Source of the DNA: Octopus vulgaris
Taxonomy: Eukaryota
Direction of reading: 5' to 3'
Assembly: GCA_951406725.2 (NCBI GenBank)
Contig: OX597831.1
Coordinates: forward strand, 81,344,001 to 81,408,000
Length of the DNA stretch: 64,000 nt
Below, in pieces: positions 58,444-64,000 of the stretch. Under the pieces are notes generated by a model that had not been told where the DNA came from, did no database searches, and worked only from the letters and a program-made list of their open reading frames with translations. The stretch's first letter is position 1, and every line of letters begins with the position of its first letter. A program made the translations under genes and the position numbers.

Positions 58444-59674
58444 ATCTATCTAGCTATTTCAAGAGTTCTTGCCAATAGAGAAAGAACCGGTTTCTAACCT
58501 AGATCCAAGGCTCCTTCATTGGAAATTCAACATCAACAACAGGGTTTTTTTGTATGTATGTATGTATGTATGTATGTATGTATGTATGTATGTATGTATG
58601 TATGTATGTATGTATGTAGGTAGGTAGGTAGGTAGGTAGGTAGGTAGGTAGGTAGGTAGGTAGGTAGGTAGGTAGGTAGGTAGGTAGGTAAGTAGGTAGG
58701 TAGGTAGGTTGGTATATACACGCCTACAGAGCAACAGGCAAACTGGCTGATCGGAAGCATGCAGACCTATCACACAATCGAAGTTCGATCACCAAATTCC
58801 TCATTAATGTCGCGATATAACACTTGACATCTCTCTATAAATAAGGCAGAAAATCAACATAACAATTGTTGGTGGTTGAGCGGATGTTGTTACCATTATT
58901 GATGGAACGAAACTTATGATTAGAGGCGTTTCAACCGTGACAATCCCGTCTTTTCATCTGAATCCAGTACAACATTATAGAATATGCTTTTGCCTTCAAG
59001 CAATAAGTTACGACTTGAATGGGGTTTGGCTGGCATTTCTAGCATGGTCTTCTGTCTACCTTCTTTACTGTTACGTTTCTCGTCTAACCTTAGTTATGAT
59101 GAGCAGACCTATTACTCAGTGGTGTTGTATGTATTTGGTACTCCCCACCTCATCTAAGACGGTCTTAGGCCTTGTCTGACATTGTCTTAAACCTGATCAA
59201 ACAATAACAATTTAGTAAGTATGTCAGAGATCACAATGAAAATATTTTCGTCTGCTATTTTGGTAAACCATTTAAGCTTCCTTTATTAATGTCGTCTGCA
59301 GTTTGTAATTTCCTTCAGAGGAGACATGCGATGTTTACAAATCGCGACTTGTTATTATCTAGCATTAAACAACTTCCATGGAATGCAATTAGAAAACTTG
59401 TCGACCTCTCCGTTGAATGCGCAATTAGTAGTTTCCATTGAGAGAGACCGTGTCTCATCAGCTATTAACCGTTTCCTTTATACATGTACAATTAGCAATT
59501 AAAATAATTAGCATCAAGTGAACAAGTGTTATTGAAGCAACAAGTGTCCGATGAAACTTGTGGCAGCAGATGGAAGCAGTTGGAAGATGGTGGTGAGTTT
59601 GAGAGGAGGGAGGAACGATTTCTTGCAAAGAAATCATGCCTACCTTGGAATCTGCTTTTTATACTTATACACGC

Positions 59675-59756
<82 letters not shown>

Positions 59757-59836
59757 ATATATATATATATCTACAAACACACAAACACACACACACACAC
59801 ATATATTATTGCTGCGTAACGTACATCTTGTTCTCT

Positions 59837-59972
<136 letters not shown>

Positions 59973-60913
59973 TTAAAGACTAGTCTGTTTGCAAAACAAT
60001 AAATAAAAGAAAAACAAATTTCAAAGGCTTTGAAACCAAATTTCAATGGGTTATTTATGTTAGGGGATAGAGCTAAGGTATTGAGACATATGGACTCAGG
60101 TGGTCAGTATAAGAATGATATTCTATTTTATCAACACACCAAAATGGAGAACGGAAATAACAACGGCGCGATTTGAATTTAAATCTTTGAAAAGTTATAC
60201 CATATTATGGAAAGGCATTTAATACTTTCCCGATCGATTCTGTCACCGACACCCCGCACCCCCACACGCACATTTGTTCATTGAGAATAGCATCGCCTTC
60301 TGCACTGGATATGCAGATTCCTTGAATGTAGAATGTCTGACTTTTTGTCTACATAACTTACATACGGGCATCTCCTAGGAAGCGTAGAGTACTTTACGAA
60401 ATCACTGGCCATAAACATGATCTCTACACTACCAATTCTGTTCTCTTTCGTTTTTATACATATACATGTGTATATATATACATACATACACGCATGCATA
60501 TATGTGTGAATATATATATATACAGATATGTATGACTATATACATACATGCACCAGCACACATCCACATATATAGACATATGCATCTGTATAAATATGTG
60601 TATGTATGCCTGTATGTTTTTATATGTTTTTATATTCTCAAGCTAAATCAGGAATTTGTATTGAAGGAGAAATCCGCTAGAGTGCAACATGGAGTAGGTT
60701 TGGAATGGCAGAGTTTAATATAGCATTGCAACTGAATTAAAGAGCAATTCTCGACATACACACTCGCAAATAGCTAGGTTAATTTCATATTAAAATGTAG
60801 GCTGAAATCCGCAAAGCGCCTGCACGCACGCACACACGCACGAATATATGTATATATATACACGCACATAAAAATTCACGCATGCTCCGAGACATACATA
60901 CATACATGCATAT

Positions 60914-61322
<409 letters not shown>

Positions 61323-61811
61323 ATATAAGTGTATGTATACATGTATGTCTATATATAATAAAATAACTATAAAAAAGAACTGAAAATTATGCAATGAACT
61401 TCATTGGCTTAGACCTGTTTCTGCTATAAGGTTCAGTGCACTCAGAGCTGAGTACTGCATGTTAAAGTGGAACATCGTGGAATTTACAACTCTGTACATG
61501 GGGAAATGAAAGCCATGTCGATTGTGTGGCCAGAAAGCAAATAAAATTTTGCAGTCTAAACAAACGGAACAAGCTTTTTAGTAATTGCAACCACAAGTTT
61601 CTTCGGACATTTAAACTCTGTTATAAAGAAATAACGGATCTTTCTTTGCTTTATACTATCCGGGATATACTTGCTACTTTTCTTCTTGTATCATTTCATT
61701 TCATGTAAGAACCCCGCATTTTATGTCTGTATTTCTACTGACCCCTTATTTGTCACCTTGGTGACAAATGAAACTTGTGTCTATATTAGAAAGGGTTATC
61801 ATTATTATTAA

Positions 61812-62020
61812 GGCGGCGAACTGGCAGGATCTTTAGCACGGTGGACGAAATACTTAAGGGTATTTTACCCGACGCTACGTTCTGAGTTCAAGTTCCGCCG
61901 CGGTCGACTTTGCTTTTTATCCTTTCTGAGTCGATGAAATAAGTACCAGTTGAACACTAGGATCGACATAATCAACTCATCCCCACCTCCCGCAAGCTGC
62001 CCTTGTGGAAAAAATTTGAA
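61812..62020 (+). mobile_element. SINE family A
   Basis: GGCGGCGAACTGGCAGGATC..GAGTTCAAGTTCC..GTCGATGAAATAAGTACCAG. Confidence 0.8.
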
Positions 62021-62047
62021 ATAATAATAATAATAATAATAATAATA

Positions 62048-62089
<42 letters not shown>

Positions 62090-62243
62090 AAAATGAGAAA
62101 AAATTGGTTAAGAAAGAATATCAATAAAATACATCGGGTGTCCACACACTGACTGACATTTGCATATATATGAATATATACATACATACGCACACACACA
62201 CACATACATGCATGCATACATACAAGCATACATACATACGTAC

Positions 62244-62284
<41 letters not shown>

Positions 62285-62286
62285 GA

Positions 62287-62447
62287 GTTTTTTATGACCA
62301 CCTCACATGTATGGCCCACGCTACTAAAAGGTTCACGCACATGGGACCCATATACGTTCTTCAGTCCACCTCAAAAACCTACATAGGTTTCATGCGCGCG
62401 AAACTTTTAGTGGCGTCGGCCATACATGTGAGGTGGTCATAAAAAAC
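62287..62447. repeat. Inverted repeat (arms ~68 bp) containing a hammerhead-like core
   Basis: 62287-62354 is the reverse complement of 62380-62447. Minus strand reads CTGAAGA-ACGTATATG-GGTCC-CATGTGCGT-GAAC (GAAA in the other arm). Confidence 0.85.
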
Positions 62448-62523
62448 AATATTTACTCTCGTTAGATGGAATGCTCCTTTTGTTGAACCTAGACATACGG
62501 ACCTATTCATTATATATACATAT

Positions 62524-62616
<93 letters not shown>

Positions 62617-62747
62617 CATACATATACATATATATATATATACACGAGTTCAGCAAAAATTTTGCTTCAGATGAATATGGTGCTTAAATTGAGGCAGCAG
62701 AATTTAGTACGGCATTATCCATACAATTTCAAAATAAGGTGTTTAAA

Positions 62748-62891
62748 ATCAAAATAAGCAACAAGGATATCCAGAGGTGATGCAGTACGATCGTTTCATG
62801 CAACTCCATTTAATTGCATTGTTCAATTAAAATAGAGTTGCATGAAATGATCGTACTTCCTTACCTCTGGATATCCTTGATGCTTATTTTG

Positions 62892-62893
<2 letters not shown>
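62748..62893. repeat. Inverted repeat (arms ~69 bp, 7-nt loop)
   Basis: 62748-62816 is the reverse complement of 62824-62893. The left arm reads GAAAC-GATC-GTA on the minus strand, a hammerhead 3' half (GAAATGATCGTA in the right arm). Confidence 0.9.
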
Positions 62894-62976
<83 letters not shown>

Positions 62977-63136
62977 GTTACGTTCCCAAATCCACGAAGT
63001 AGAAAAAGTACTGTACTGTATATTTATTATTATTATTTTTATTTGTATATATTTATTTTATTATGAATGCAAAACAACACCCTGGAGGAATCGACGTAAG
63101 CTTAAATAATAAACTGCGATATGGCGAGGGATTACT

Positions 63137-63174
<38 letters not shown>

Positions 63175-63494
63175 ATTCGTTTTGCAAGATTCCTGATGTG
63201 AAACCATGTGTTGAAACAGATATTGTTGTATTTCGGGATGGTCACTTTTATTCTTTTTTTTTTTTTGCCAAATAACCACAGAACACATTCACGCGGCATT
63301 GAGTAAACCAAAATAGCAATGTTTAAATGCTCACCGCGACCACAAAACCACACCCTTATTACCACTAACCCCAACAGCACTGCCACCACTGTCACCATCA
63401 GCGCCCCCACCTACACTGTTAAATGGTTTCATGCTTACTACAACCTGAACAATATCCATAAACAATAACTTAAGGACAATCTCACTATTGTGGC

Positions 63495-63548
<54 letters not shown>

Positions 63549-63643
63549 CATTTTTATTTTATCTAGTTTCAGCTCATGAGCTGTGGCCATGCTGGGGCAC
63601 CGCCATCCAAAAATTTATACTGCGCTGCCGTGACAAACATACA

Positions 63644-63695
<52 letters not shown>

Positions 63696-63697
<2 letters not shown>

Positions 63698-63777
63698 AAT
63701 AACTTAGAATAACTTAGAAAGGTTTTGGCCAGTATTGGCCTAGGCTATGTCTAACTTAATAGCACCGCCTGGTGCTA

Positions 63778-63833
<56 letters not shown>

Positions 63834-63835
63834 GG

Positions 63836-63880
<45 letters not shown>

Positions 63881-63892
63881 GGGTAGATTGAT

Positions 63893-63928
<36 letters not shown>

Positions 63929-64000
63929 CTTAGAATAACTTAGAAAGGTTTTGCCCAGTATTGGCCTAGGCCATGTCTAACTTAATAGCACCACCTGGTG
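63696..64000. repeat. Two direct copies of an ~80-bp unit separated by a compound microsatellite
   Basis: AATAACTTAGAATAACTTAGAAAGGTTTTG..CTTAATAGCACC.CCTGGTG at ~63698-63778 and ~63924-64000. Confidence 0.85.

Overview
AT-rich, extremely microsatellite-dense eukaryotic genomic DNA. The repeat landscape suggests an octopus or other coleoid cephalopod (inference, not verified). Almost all ORFs in the supplied track are microsatellite artefacts. The only recognisable gene is an Emx/empty-spiracles homeobox gene on the minus strand: two coding exons (20822-20650 and 19025-18807) are split at the conserved homeodomain 44/45 intron. Its first exon was not found, so much of 20.8-64 kb may be intron. 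The rest is tRNA-derived SINEs (at least 3 families), a decayed rosa/DD41D-like Tc1/mariner element, a mariner fragment and a LINE 3' remnant. The most interesting signal is a set of short (~150-360 bp) elements from several unrelated families, mostly embedded in (TA)n/(CA)n tracts. They carry minimal hammerhead-ribozyme motifs (CUGANGA-stem II-GAAA-palindromic stem III-UH) and are often folded back into long inverted repeats whose breakpoints fall in or beside the ribozyme. They resemble Penelope-type pLTR or retrozyme-like non-autonomous elements. One family carries a recurrent non-canonical CUGUNGA core. Repeat boundaries were read by eye and are approximate.
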